This document shows, piece after piece, positions 28,830-42,538 of a stretch of DNA of 64,000 nt; position 1 is the first letter of the stretch, and each line of letters starts with the position of its first letter. The position numbers and the translations under genes were made by a program. The stretch spans positions 45,632,001 through 45,696,000 of the forward strand of contig OZ231126.1 in the NCBI GenBank assembly GCA_965153355.1, given 5' to 3'. The notes below the pieces were generated by a model. That model did not search any database and had not been told where the DNA came from. It saw only the letters and a list, made by a program, of their open reading frames with translations. The DNA is from Flaccisagitta enflata (Eukaryota).

Positions 28830-29745
28830 TAATGGATGTCATCATTTAAAGATAATTCTTAGGCCTGAATGTTAGCCACATACCGGGACTGGGAAAAAGT
28901 GTTAAACTTTTGCGCTCAGCTGCTTCTCCTCACTGGTCTGGAATTTGTTTTCTTTTATCACGCTCCTCAATTTGGCTTTTTATTGGAAATAGGATAAAGT
29001 ATGGCAAAAACTCCATGAATGCGGTTGTGTTTCTATCTTATTTGGTAGTTTTTAGGTTACAAGTTCCTTCTTCAAGCAAAATTTATCTCTGGCAGCTTTT
29101 TTAAAGACTAAACGTCATGAAATGCTTCTGTATCTGTAAGGTTCTATCGCTTCCAGAAATCTAACATATTATAACATAGCAAGACGCAAAGCGAAACCCA
29201 ATCTTGCTTTTTACAACTTTTTAGAAGGTTTTTTTTTTCAATAGCTGGTCATTACATTGGTCGGTCTGTCCGCTGGTGCGTTCATACATTACATTAGCTC
29301 CGAATTGCTATTTTTGATGTTGTGAATGAAAAATAAAATTGTGTTCATGGAACTCTGATTTGACCCTAAGACCAGAAATTAACAACCGCATTTGTGGAGT
29401 TCTCCATTGTATTTCCACCAAAAACCGAGGGTGTTATAGTACCATGTTTGAGGTTTTTGTGTCAAAATTTCATTGGTCTGAGACTCTTAGTGGACACGGC
29501 GATGGTGATGAGGAAGAGCAGTAATGGACTTAGTATTTGTGTTAACTAGTCTACGTCATTGACGCTGATAACTGGCATAATGTAAACCTATTTCGTTAGA
29601 TATTGTTAAAAGCCTCAAAAGGTGTTGATATGTTCATCGTTGGTGTCCACTTTTACAGAGTCGGCGTTGTTGTTGACTTCGACTTTCTCCTTTTGGTGTC
29701 GGTGACGTCCTTCTGGCCATCGTTGAGATCAGAAAGTGATGAGAG

Positions 29746-29901
29746 TTATTCTTGGTTACGATATCGACAGCATTTGCGGCGGCGGTGGTAACGGTGGTGG
29801 TGGTGGCAGCGGTGGCAGCGGTGGTGGCGGTGGCACGGGTGGTGGCGGTGGTGGCGGCTACGGCGGCGGGTTTGACAGCGGCTTTTCCTCTCTCTTATCA
29901 T
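29746..29901 (-). CDS. Candidate small Arg/His/Cys-rich (protamine-like) protein, 51 aa
   Basis: MIRERKSRCQTRRRSRHHRHHPCHRHHRCHRCHHHHRYHRRRKCCRYRNQE*; caaaATG start context; TATAAA at 29965-29960. Overlaps a (GGY)n low-complexity tract, so it may be spurious. Confidence 0.3.
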   Translation of the reverse strand: MIRERKSRCQTRRRSRHHRHHPCHRHHRCHRCHHHHRYHRRRKCCRYRNQE

Positions 29902-30003
29902 TTTGATTTCACTTTTCTCCTGTCTTCTTCCTACTTCGCCTGTCCAATGTCCAAACAGGTTTATATCGCGCCTCTACAGCACCAAAATTTCTATCTCTCT
30001 GTT

Positions 30004-30055
<52 letters not shown>

Positions 30056-30702
30056 TTCATATATCAGTATGTAATATAATCCTATTTCCTGTCCACACGC
30101 TTACATCGGACAATGACCATGAATGACGGGCTGATGACATCGATGACGGCGATGACGGCGACGTTGGTAACGATGATGATGATGATGACATCGATAAAAA
30201 TGGGTGACGATCGATGACGTGGTTTAATCGGATTTATCAGAAGCTTTTTGGGATGCCTACCTCAATGTCCATATCCCCGGCCACCATGTTCCAACCCGTT
30301 GAGTTTTTTTTCTGAGCCGGAAGCACCGTTAGTTTTATACCATGGGCGGAAAAGTTAAGCATATAAGAATATGGGGGGGGGGGGGATAATAAGTATTTAT
30401 CCTCTTTAAAATATCCCAAAAAATTGTTCCGTTATTAAACTTGTCTTCTTTACTGTCACCTAAACCTACTCAATCTAAAACCCTACTCCCACAGCAAGGC
30501 TCACGCAGCCTTCATGTCCACAGCAACGCAATATGGTTTCTCTCTTCTGCATCTTCTTGCTACGTATCACCTATCTCTCTCCTCGGTCGATAATAACGTA
30601 CTCTCATGGCCTAGCTTCCTTTCCTTTCTTTCACACCTACCTCTCCACTAAGTTGCTTTTAAATGACGACTCTCCGTGGTTCATCTCCCTCTTTCTTCTT
30701 AG

Positions 30703-31253
30703 GACGGAAAATTCATGAAGGAAAATGAAATGTTTCACCATACTTTTTGCATTATCATCAGGGCCACAATGAAGCAGGAATGCCTTTAATGGACAGATTG
30801 TCTCTGAAGACACTTGGTGCATACATTTTTATAATTCTTTGACTTAAAATGTAATTTGAACTATGCGATTCACATGAAAACAAGCATGAAAATGATGGGT
30901 TTTTTTTTTTTTATTTCTGCTTACACTTTATTTCATTTTTTGAGGTCGAAATTCTAAGATAGCCAAACACAAGTAAATTATGCATTTTGAAAAACATAGA
31001 TCTGTCTGTAATCTATTTGGGAAGAGTTCTTTGTTTTGTTTTCTTTTTTTTTTTTTTTAATTTTTAGTCGGGGACACGCGACTCTACACCTTGCCGTGTC
31101 GGTCCGTCGGTCCGTCAGTCCCATAACCTTTCCAAATTGCAAGCGGTTTTTTGCATTACCGCCCCTGCCAAACCGTCCGCGACTGTCCTGCCGTGTATCC
31201 GGCCTTGTTTCATTTCCTATGCGAATTTAGAATTTCGACCAGCCCCCTGTCAG
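30703..31253 (+). mobile_element. Right-truncated copy of the GACGG-terminal element (see 56570-57178) containing a nested family C HINE (31060-31209)
   Basis: Collinear with 56570-56959 (GACGGAAAAT..GAAGGAAAA..TGTTTCACCATACTTTTTGCAT...AGCCCCCTGTCAG). Confidence 0.75.
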
Positions 31254-31290
31254 CGCTCACCTATCTCTCTCCTGAGTCAGTATTGATTAC

Positions 31291-31935
31291 TAGCTTCTAC
31301 CGAAATGACAATAAACAATAAAATCAGAATTCTACAAGTAGTTCTTGTTGTGGGGCTGTCTTGGGCTTCTAATGACATCAATTTCAGTTTGAAAATTTTG
31401 CATCTTGCTGGCCGCGCCTTACCTTGAAATTTCCTTTAGCCTATAGGAAACCAAAAAATACAAATTACTAAAATCCCATTTTTGACTGCATATTTGAAAT
31501 CTGCATGAAAAACTGATAATTGAAAGTGCTCTCCTTTTTTCAAAATTCCTTCGGGATCATAGTCAAAATTCATCTTAAAGATATGACAAAAAGGTAAGTT
31601 CGGCGATTTTACAAAGAAATAAAAGAGAAAGGTAAGTTTTGCAAACTTTGACGCTTATTTTGAGCACCTTCTAGTTGGAATATTGAAAAAAGGAAAGCAC
31701 TTTCAATTAACAGTTTTTTCTGCAGATTTCAAATCTGCCGTCAAAACAGATATTTAAGCACTTTGAAATTTTTGGTTCCCCATAGAGGTAGGTTTTACCA
31801 AGGGTGAGACGCGGAAAGCTTAAAGTAGGATTTGAGTAGCAAAACTGATCTTAACAGGAGCTCAAGACAACCCCACAGCATAAAGTTCATGTGGAATGAC
31901 AAATCTATCACTTTTTGTCATTTAGGTACAAACTA
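31291..31935. mobile_element. hAT-type foldback MITE with 8-bp TSD TTGATTAC
   Basis: TSD at 31283-31290 and 31936-31943. TIR TAGCTTCTACCGAAATGACAA versus reverse complement TAGTTTGTACCTAAATGACAA. Inner inverted arms at about 31480-31549 and 31677-31746. Confidence 0.85.
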
Positions 31936-32696
31936 TTGATTACCCTCCATGCTCCATCTTTCTCTTTCCTCTGATTCCCTACTCACCTATATCTCTTCTC
32001 AGACGCAACAGACGACCATTTATGGTCCATCTCCCTCTCCTTAGTCCATGCTTAGTGCTCACATATCTCTCCTCAGTCGGTATTGACGATCCTTCATGGC
32101 TCATCTTCCTCTGCTTTCATCCTCACCTATCTTTTACTAGAGTCGGTGTTGATGACCTTCGACAACGTTTGACCTTGAGACGTGACCTGAGGGCGATGAC
32201 CGGGTGGATGACCTCTCCTCGTGAGAAGTGGCGGACGAACATCACACAGATGACCAACAAGGTTGCGAAGATGAGCGAAGGAAGGGGAAGCTCGGAGGTG
32301 GGGGTGGGGGGGGGGGGGTGGGCATGGCCGCATGCCGAATGGAGGAGGGTTGGAAAATAACATGCTTGACGCGAAGGAAATGTAGAGAAGGATAAGGGGG
32401 GGGGGGGGCAGGGGCACTGTGAATAGTTTCTGAAATAGCTTATGAGGTGAAGCATTGTGAAGGAGATGAAGCGATTACAATATTACTTCTTGGATTGCAA
32501 AAAATGAATATATAGATTGCTACTTGAAAAAGACTTTCATTGTCACAGGAGAAAGGTAGGTTCTTTTCATCTCGGTTTGGAGTAGAAGAGCAGAGGAGAG
32601 AAGGAAATGGCGGGGATAAGGCGGATAGATGAAGAACGTTGATGACGAAGCTTTGATAAGGTGATCGATTGTGATGAGGTCCCCCGTGTCAACCTC

Positions 32697-32819
<123 letters not shown>

Positions 32820-33427
32820 GTATTTCTGACGGTAGGTGCTCATCATTGTGTTAACATTGTAATGGAGGAAATTGTTTTGGTACTTGTATGGCACAATAGC
32901 GGTTTCATTATAACAATTAGTAAATCACAATGCAAAATTCGATTTCAATTTTCTTTTAGTCCAACATTTTACTGACCGATCTCAAAAAAAGAAATGAGAG
33001 AAAACATCTAATCACATGTTGTCTAGAATACTTTCTTTTCTTTTGAACGCGAGGACGTTCAAAGGAGGAGATTGGATAGAGAGATATATGTTCGATACAT
33101 AAACGCTAGAAAAAAGGTTCTTTTTCCCTTTTAAAGATTTTACGATTTTCATAAAAATCCCTTTGGAACTGTTAACGTGAACCCCCAAAGAGTCTTTAGT
33201 ACCCCCTTTTTTGTAGAAATAGTCGGCAACAAGAACGAGTGGCGGCGCAAAGCGGCAAGGAAGAGAAGCACAAAAAGTGAGAAAAGAGAAAAAAAAAAGG
33301 TAAATCGACCTTTTTTTCAAAGCCGAGGTGAAAAGAAGGCACGAAACTCAGGGGAACTCATTTGTGCTACGAACTACGTACGTACTAGTAAGAGAGGAGA
33401 AAGAAAAGACGAAAAAAAGGAAAAAGA

Positions 33428-33489
<62 letters not shown>

Positions 33490-33579
33490 TGAATGAAAAG
33501 AGGAGGAGGAGCAGGCGCAAATTAAGTAAGAGTGCAAGTAACACAGGAATAATCAAAGGATCAAAAAATAATCTCTCTA

Positions 33580-33751
33580 ACCCGTTATGTCCATCGGTCG
33601 GTCGGTCGGTCCATCGGTCGCTGTTAGCTTTTCTGACGCTCATGGGCGATTTTACCATGACTGCTCCTGCCCAAATGCTTGTGTTAGCCTTTGTTTTCAC
33701 TGCCCCTGCTCACCCGCACGCGACTTTGGTAGCCGTGTATCCGGCCTAGTT
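33580..33751 (+). mobile_element. 5'-truncated family A HINE
   Basis: GTCG tract, CACCCGCACGCGACT..GTAGCCGTGTATCCGGCC end. Confidence 0.65.
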
Positions 33752-34064
33752 TTATTAACATTCAGAAATTCAGAAAACGGTTCATGGTTCACGGTTCTTT
33801 ATAAAATGTTTCTTTGACAAAATGCGAACTAAGTACTTGATTTATGACAAGGTTAAGCATTAAAGACTTTTTGTTTGCTTCATAAGAAGACATTTCAGTA
33901 GCTAGTTAGATTTTCATTGAACTAGTCAGAAGTCAAGCTAAAAGTATAATTTAAAAAAACCTTATTTTTAGTTGGCTTTAATACTTTTTAGCATGATGGT
34001 ATAATGCCAATGGGCAATGGTCATTGACATGACCATCGGTCAAAGGCATAAACAATCGTTCCAA

Positions 34065-34838
34065 AGTGGACTACCGCCTTTTCGTCACCTGATGTAACGA
34101 CATTTCAGATTTAACATCCAGGTTTCTATGGTCCCAAATTTTTGCAGGCTTTTGTAATGTTGATTTTACCTGATTTAGCGACACTGGATATAACAGCCAA
34201 ACCTGGTTTAAAGTCGCTATTTTTGGGTCCCTTGAAATTTTTTTTCCCTGATTCAGTGACATTGACATCTTGATTTAGTTATGTGTTTTTTTACATTGAA
34301 TTTTCATTGAAGCTTTCATACATAATAAAATTAAAGAAAAATATTTCAACATAAACTGAAACTTTAAACAAAAAAGTGAACAAGATAGCAGCTAAAAAAT
34401 GAAAAAAACTATGAGCAAAAAGAATGAAATATCATTTGTAGATAAACTTTTTATTGAATCGAAATCGGCTATTCTTTAACAATATTTTCATCCCACAAAT
34501 CTTATATCTATCTTTTACATAACATTGTGAGTTGTTACAAAGCTACATTTATCTGCCTGTTTTCTTTTTTTTTTTTTTTTCTTTCTGTCTGTCTGTATAT
34601 CTGTTAGGCATTCTGTTTGTCTTTAGCTCTGAGCCTCTGACTGTCGTAATGTCTGTTGAGCATTTGCACAAATACTTGAATACTAACTATGATAATCAAT
34701 TAGACACTGATGCTAGCGTTTATTGCCTATGAAACAGTTTAGATCAATGAAAGAAAATTATAAATTCGATTTAAAAACTTTCGGATTCAACGACCAAAAA
34801 TCCCTAGTCCCTTCAAGGTCGTTAAATCGGGTTCCCAC
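34065..34838. mobile_element. Degenerate pogo/Tigger-like non-autonomous element; relative of 61405-61817
   Basis: Right end TTCGGATT.AACGA.CAAAA...AGTCCCTTCAAGG.CGTTA.ATC.G.TT.CCACT and left end AGTG.ACTAC.GCCTT are shared with the 61.4-61.8 kb copy. Confidence 0.5.
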
Positions 34839-35149
34839 TAAACTTCCTAAATCATCGTTGGTTGAGCACATGACGACGATATTTCAATTATAAAATGCGT
34901 GGGAGAATCGAAAAAAATTATCATTTATTACAAAATGATCGTTTGAAACACCAAAAGGTGACGATAACGCCAACAATGGAACGAGTTGGCGGTCAGTCTT
35001 GATATCTCACCCTGAGGCCATGGCACCCTCGATTTAAAAGGTCATTTTGCTGTAAGGAAAGAAATGGTTGTCAAGGTCCGGACAACGTCATCGCTTTGAA
35101 TGCAACCACAGTGACTTGGGAAGAGAAGGCGCTATCACGGTTTGGCAAG

Positions 35150-35203
<54 letters not shown>

Positions 35204-35559
35204 GCAGACGGGCAAACAGAATAAACGACAGACAGGCAGACAAACAAACACAAACAGAAATATGCTCTCCATGCAGTTATGCAGACAGAAAAAGGGAACC
35301 AAGGACAGACACAAAAGCAACGAGAGACAGAGGAAGAGATAGAATCGGAGAAAAGAAGAAAGGGCAGAATTGCGAATGGAGAAACAAAGATGAGTACAAA
35401 GAGACGGACAAAGGCGACAAGAGAAATGCAGCGACTCTTGCGGTTAGATAAAACGCTGGCCCGTTGCTAAGCGATTCCCCTTCACAACTGATAACTCTGT
35501 AAGATTTCATGCGTGGAAATTCGATGAAATCATCAAAGTTGTAGTCAAATGTAAAAGAA

Positions 35560-35703
35560 ATGAGGCCGGATACACGGCAATCCAGTCGCGGACGGTTGAG
35601 CAGGAGCAACCGGACGAAATTCAAAAATGTTATAGAGGGACCAACCGACGGACAGACCGACCGAAACCTTAAGGTGTAGAGTCGCGTGTCCGCGACTAAA
35701 AAA
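35560..35703 (-). mobile_element. HINE family C
   Basis: Reverse complement of TTTTTAGTCGCGGACACGCGACTCTACACCTT and of the GTCCGCGACTGGATTGCCGTGTATCCGGCC end. Confidence 0.75.
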
Positions 35704-36107
35704 TTGAAACTCGTCATTTATAGTACTGATGACTGAAAGATGCGACACTTCTTTTTCCTATTGGCCTGTAAAAAAAATCACCCAAGGTTCTCAATTTATC
35801 GCAACAAACAAGTGAATAGTGATCTCTAATTAGCTTCTGGACAATGAATTATCAAAAGCCATTTTCATTTTCCAAAGCGCCCGGGTGCTACTTAAAGTAT
35901 AAAACGCTATTGATGAAGACAAATATTCATCATTATCGCGTCATTAAAAAAAAAAACAAAAAACAGTGAACAAAACTCATATGTCGAAATTTATGAAACG
36001 CTAAACTTCGTTTTTCTCTCGTGTCGCCTGACTGTCCTAGACTATCTCGTTCGGAGGATCTCTATTTCACTGCAGATCTACGTAATACGCATCATTGGCA
36101 TCCACCT

Positions 36108-37495
<1,388 letters not shown>

Positions 37496-37879
37496 AATCC
37501 AATCCTGTTTTATTAGATTCTTAAATGAGAAAAGCGATTACCACGTCCATGCCTCTGTCTCTGTCTCTGTTTCATTCTCATTTCCCCCCCCCCCCTCTCT
37601 CTCTCTCTCCTTTTTTTATACCAACGAACCTTTTGATTCTTCCTTTAATTGTTTAATTGTCCACGAGATGTCGTGACAAATCGAACGACAAAAAAGGAAC
37701 GAAACAAAAGAACAAAAACAGAACTGCAAACAAAAAGATCATTGAGAGGATTGAAAAAAGATCCCCCTCGAGAGTTTTCTCCAGGAATAACAAGAACGAG
37801 GAGTAGAAAATGGAGCCTTCATTTGCGTAGGAAAGAGAAGGAGAAAGGATTTGAAAGCCGTTAACATTCAGTCGTGTAG

Positions 37880-38070
37880 GGTTTGGACAGTGGCTGGGAC
37901 TGCTGTTGGGTGAGGGTGGGAAAAGTTGGAGCTGGGACATAGATTAAATAAGGAGGGGGGAGGTTGGGGCTGAGACCTTGGTTGGGTAAGGGTGGGAACG
38001 GTTGGGGCCGGAACCGCGATTGGGTAAGGGTGGGAAAGGTTGGGGCTGGGACCGTGGTTGGGTTGAAGTA
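37880..38070 (+). repeat. G-rich degenerate minisatellite (TTGGGTAAGGGTGGGAA.GGTTGGGGC)
   Basis: Unit recurs about 4-5 times with GGG runs. Confidence 0.65.
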
Positions 38071-38513
38071 GAGGTTGCAAGCATGTTTAGGCTGGATCAT
38101 TGTTTGCTTGGATCAGTGGCTCTGCTTAGGCTGGGGTTGCTCTTTAGTACAGCCCACAAATCGCTCTATTCGAATAAGAAGAAGAAGAAGAAGAAAAAGA
38201 AGATTAAAAAAAGAAGAAAAAAAAAAGAAAAAGAAGAAGAAGCGTATTCATTCGAAAACATCTCTCCAATCGATTCCATCGCTACCCTACCTCCTACTCT
38301 CTCCATATCTCAACCTCATTTATGTCACCCCCCACCACCTTGTACCCCTCTATTCCACCGCCCTCAAACCCTGCCACTTGTGCGTTTCTAATTTAGCCAT
38401 TTGTGAATAACTCTCTGAGTCTATTGGTTGACCGATTGCCCGAGAGCAAATCGGTCACAAACAACAATAGGATCCACCCTTAACAATGAACTACGGGCAA
38501 CAATGAGAATGAG

Positions 38514-38617
<104 letters not shown>

Positions 38618-38767
38618 AGAGAGAGAGAGGGGGGGGGAATCAGAGGAGGAAGGAAAGAATGTTATGGGACATAAAGGAAGGACGTAGTAAGGTTTCTAGT
38701 TTCTAATACAAAAATTACCATGAAATTCATAGCTGAAATCGATTCAATCTAAACACAGAATCATTTG

Positions 38768-38927
38768 TTTTTAGTTGCGGACACGCAACTCTATAAGAGG
38801 CTTTGTCCGTCCGTCCGTTGGTTGGTCGGTCCGTCCGTCCGTAACCATCGAGTCGAAAAGTGGGAAAACGCGCATTTCCGCCCCTGCCCACCCGTCCGCA
38901 ACTGATGGCCGTGTATCCGGCCTTGTT
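38768..38927 (+). mobile_element. HINE family B (intact)
   Basis: TTTTTAGTTGCGGACACGCAACTCTATAAGAGG...CCGTCCGCAACTGATGGCCGTGTATCCGGCCTTGTT. Confidence 0.8.
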
Positions 38928-39281
38928 TATCCTTATTTTAGCAATATAAACCTATAACAAATCAAATTAGTTCCTTGAAATCCGTTATTGCGAGGGGTTC
39001 AACTCTTTTTAACCGGGCTCCCATTTACAAGCTGTCTACAAACTGACTTCACGCACTTAGCAATCATAAAATTCTTTGGACGTTCCGCTTAGGCGTAGCC
39101 CGCTCTGTTTTGTATAGCCAAAAAGTGTAACAATCCACCACGTTTCGGAGTAAATAGTTGTTTTCACTCATTCATTCAACTGAATTTTTTTCTATACTGC
39201 AAGGAACTTTTACAAGCGTCTGTACGCTTGCGAATAGTCCCCGCATGCCGCAACCTGTTTGTTTTGAAAATGAAACGATTC

Positions 39282-39404
39282 TTTTTAGGTGCGACAAAGC
39301 ACCTCTATAACTGGCTGTGTCCGTTGGTTGGTCGGTTGGTCGGTTGGTAACGCATTCGTTCGACGATCCACACCGTCGCACCTATTGGCCTACTTGGCCT
39401 TGTT
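39282..39404 (+). mobile_element. HINE-like element, family F (AGGTGCGACAAAGCACCT)
   Basis: 5' AGGTGCGAC and 3' GTCGCACCT subTIRs, GTTG/GTCG tract, GGCCTACTTGGCC hairpin, TTGTT end. Confidence 0.7.
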
Positions 39405-39670
39405 TTATGGGAGAATTGATTTGGTCAAGAAATCAAGATATGAAAATATAACAAAGCCCAATGTCAATGGACGTTAGTCTCCTTGTTGTGAACTTCTTAT
39501 TCAGTTTCATGATTGACTTTTAGCATTAATAGATTCTTGCATGGTCTCAATTAAAGCAGGACAGCGAGTAGAATTTTGTAAGCAGTATTGCTTGAACCCT
39601 TTGGTACAGTAATATCATTCCTTCCATTGTATTACATGAACAAGAATGGATTTTTGCTAAGTAAGTTTTG

Positions 39671-39997
39671 CAGGGGTGTATATTCTTGAGTGGCTTTTGA
39701 TCTTTTCCCCCCCCCCCTGCCTTTGATTTTCTTCCCCGCGACGCGTCGCATCGCATTTTTATATCCATGATTTTCTTCCCCATATAACAATAAAACTATG
39801 TGGTTATGGTTTAAATAGTGTTAAATTGTGTTTTACTAATTGAGTTTTATGATTTGGTACTGTAAAAAGTTATATTTTCCCCAAATTTCCTTTTTTTCTC
39901 TTTTTTCCCCCTTTGATTTCCTTCCCCATCTCCAGACCCTTTGATTTTTTCCCCCCCCACCGGGGGGGGGGGGAAAACTCAAGAATATACAGGCCTG
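39671..39997. mobile_element. hAT-type MITE with 8-bp TSD AAGTTTTG
   Basis: TSD at 39663-39670 and 39998-40005; TIR CAGG(GG/CC)TGTATATTCTTGAGT. A related right end (TATATACACCCCTG) is at window positions 13-25. Confidence 0.88.
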
Positions 39998-40392
39998 AAG
40001 TTTTGCTAAATGGAAAACTAGAAATGATGCGCGTAGTAACTATTCAGTGAGGGCTTACAAGGCCCTCTCTCATATTTTTCAGTTTGGGTATGTTGAGGGA
40101 TATTGTTCCACCTATCATAGCTGCATGAAACCAGGCGTAACACTCTTTTCATGGCATGACATGAAACCCCCTCCCCCAACAGAACATCATGATGACAGAA
40201 AACCTGGTTCAGTACCGCATGATCATGATATGTCCAAGATATGTAGATGACATGAGACGTTTTAGTTAAGTATGGTACATGATAACGACATGAAACCTAG
40301 CGCAGTGTCACGTGATCTTGACGTGAAGCTTCTCGATGCATCACATGATTACTTCGTGTCACGCGCAAAATCGATACGCCCAACAACAGATA

Positions 40393-40499
<107 letters not shown>

Positions 40500-41192
40500 A
40501 TTCTTCCTTCTTCTGGCCATACATATACTCACGCGAGTAGATATGGCGGGGTTGCTTGCAAGAGGGCGGGGATGCTGCTAATGACTGTGAGAAGGGAAGA
40601 TGTTTTCAGTAAGATAATTGGGGTTCTCCGTTTCTCCTTTTAACTGGAGAATCAGCGTCCGCGTAGGTTCTACGGAGAAGGGAAGAACGTGGTTTGGCGA
40701 TTGCCGACAGTAGGTAGGCTTGAGGGTGTGAGATGGTGTTTTCTCACATTCTGTAGAGTTGTATCGTTGGAATAGCCTTTGCGTTTGCGTTTAGGTAGGC
40801 TCCTCCATCGGTTTATTGGCCGGACCTGTTTCTGCGTTCTGCTGTTTTGACTTCTTTGGCCTCACTGGTCCTGCCCAATTGCTCTCGTGACCTCAAACAC
40901 GGTCCCTTTCCACCCGCACGCAACAAGAGCAGCCGTATATCCAAACTTGTTTTATGACCGGCGAGCATGGACAGGAAGCTGAGGTACGGTATAATAACAT
41001 TTCAAATTGCAAATATTGGAGTAGAGGCTTATGAAAGTTGAAACAACATTGCCCTTACAAAAGGAGGCCAGAACTCTACAATTTACAAAGGATGAAAGCC
41101 TTGCAAGCCTTCAATGGTGTTTACTCCGGATTGTTTGTACATTCAAATGCTACAAAATGCTACGACTTGACCGAGCATAACAGCATGACACA

Positions 41193-41240
41193 CACCTGGT
41201 CACCTGGTCACCTGGTCACCTGGTCACCTGGTCACCTGGT
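41193..41240 (+). repeat. (CACCTGGT)6 octamer array
   Basis: Six perfect tandem copies plus one more at about 41249. Confidence 0.9.
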
Positions 41241-41873
41241 CTCTCACACACCTGGTCTCTTTTCAAGAATATATTTATGTGACGACACTCGGGGAAGCGC
41301 ATACATAATCATGGCGTTGAAAAAAATATCGCTGTGCCAAATGGAGCATTTCCAACAAATACCAAGGCCTCGCAGCAAATACAAGTACTGAAAAGTAATG
41401 AAAAGTCAAGCTCTGATCTCTGCCCTAATGCCCGAGCGAAAGACGCGCGAGATTCCTTTACCATCAACAAGGGCATTATTACTAAATATACTCAAGTGCC
41501 TCGGTTGGCTACGTTTCTTTCATGGAAGATGGACTTCAGCTTGACAAATGGATGATCGGTTGGATGAAGATTGTCAATGCCGCGCGTCCTCAAAATGGAG
41601 CCATATTGTTTGACCAATCAGGGGCGGAGTTCGATCCGTAGCTTGGACCAATCAAAAGTAGGAAAGTTAGTGATTTCCTTCACGAAAAGAAAGGAGGAGA
41701 GATGGAGGAAAGAAAGCAGAAAGAAAGAGAGAAAGATAGAAAAGAAAATGAGAGAAGCGGAGTGAATATAAGTGATCAACACGAAGCGCGTGTGCGAGGG
41801 TCAATATAAGACGAATCGAAATGCGGAGAGGAGGCCCCTAGGGAACAAAGAAGGAAGAGATGAAGGAAAGGGG

Positions 41874-41982
<109 letters not shown>

Positions 41983-42269
41983 CAGATTCAAACAAAAACA
42001 AAGAAACAAAACAAAAAAACAACGTGCAGAATGAAAACAGATGAAAAACAAACATAGACAAATGGGACAGATAAATAAACAGAGACACCGACTCACAAAC
42101 AAAGAAACAAACACATAACTCGGAAGGAAAGAGGAGAAGAAGTATCGACGCGGTTTGGTGAAGGTTAACCGATAGAAAAGGTCAGAAAGGAACTTGAAAG
42201 GTCCGCGCACCACACATCACAGATTGTGACATAGTAACATTAAAGAGAAAATAGGTTGTTGCCAAAAAC

Positions 42270-42538
42270 CGCCGCTGCCGCTGCCGCCTTGGACGCTGCC
42301 ACTGCCTTCTTTGTCGCCTCTACCGCTGTCACTGCCGCCGCTACCGCTGTCACTGCCGCCGCGACCGCTGTCACTGCCGCCTCTACCGCTGTCACTGCCG
42401 CCTCTACCGCTGTCACGGCCGCCTTCACCGCTGTCACTGCCGCCTCTACCGCTGTCACTGCCGCCTCTACTGCTGTCACTGCCTCCGCTTCCGCTGTCAC
42501 TGCCGCCTCTACCGCTGTTACTGCCGCCGCTACCGCCT
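42270..42538. repeat. 21-bp GC-rich minisatellite (ACCGCTGTCACTGCCGCCTCT), about 12 units
   Basis: Direct inspection; the unit length is a multiple of 3, which gives stop-free frames on both strands. Confidence 0.9.
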
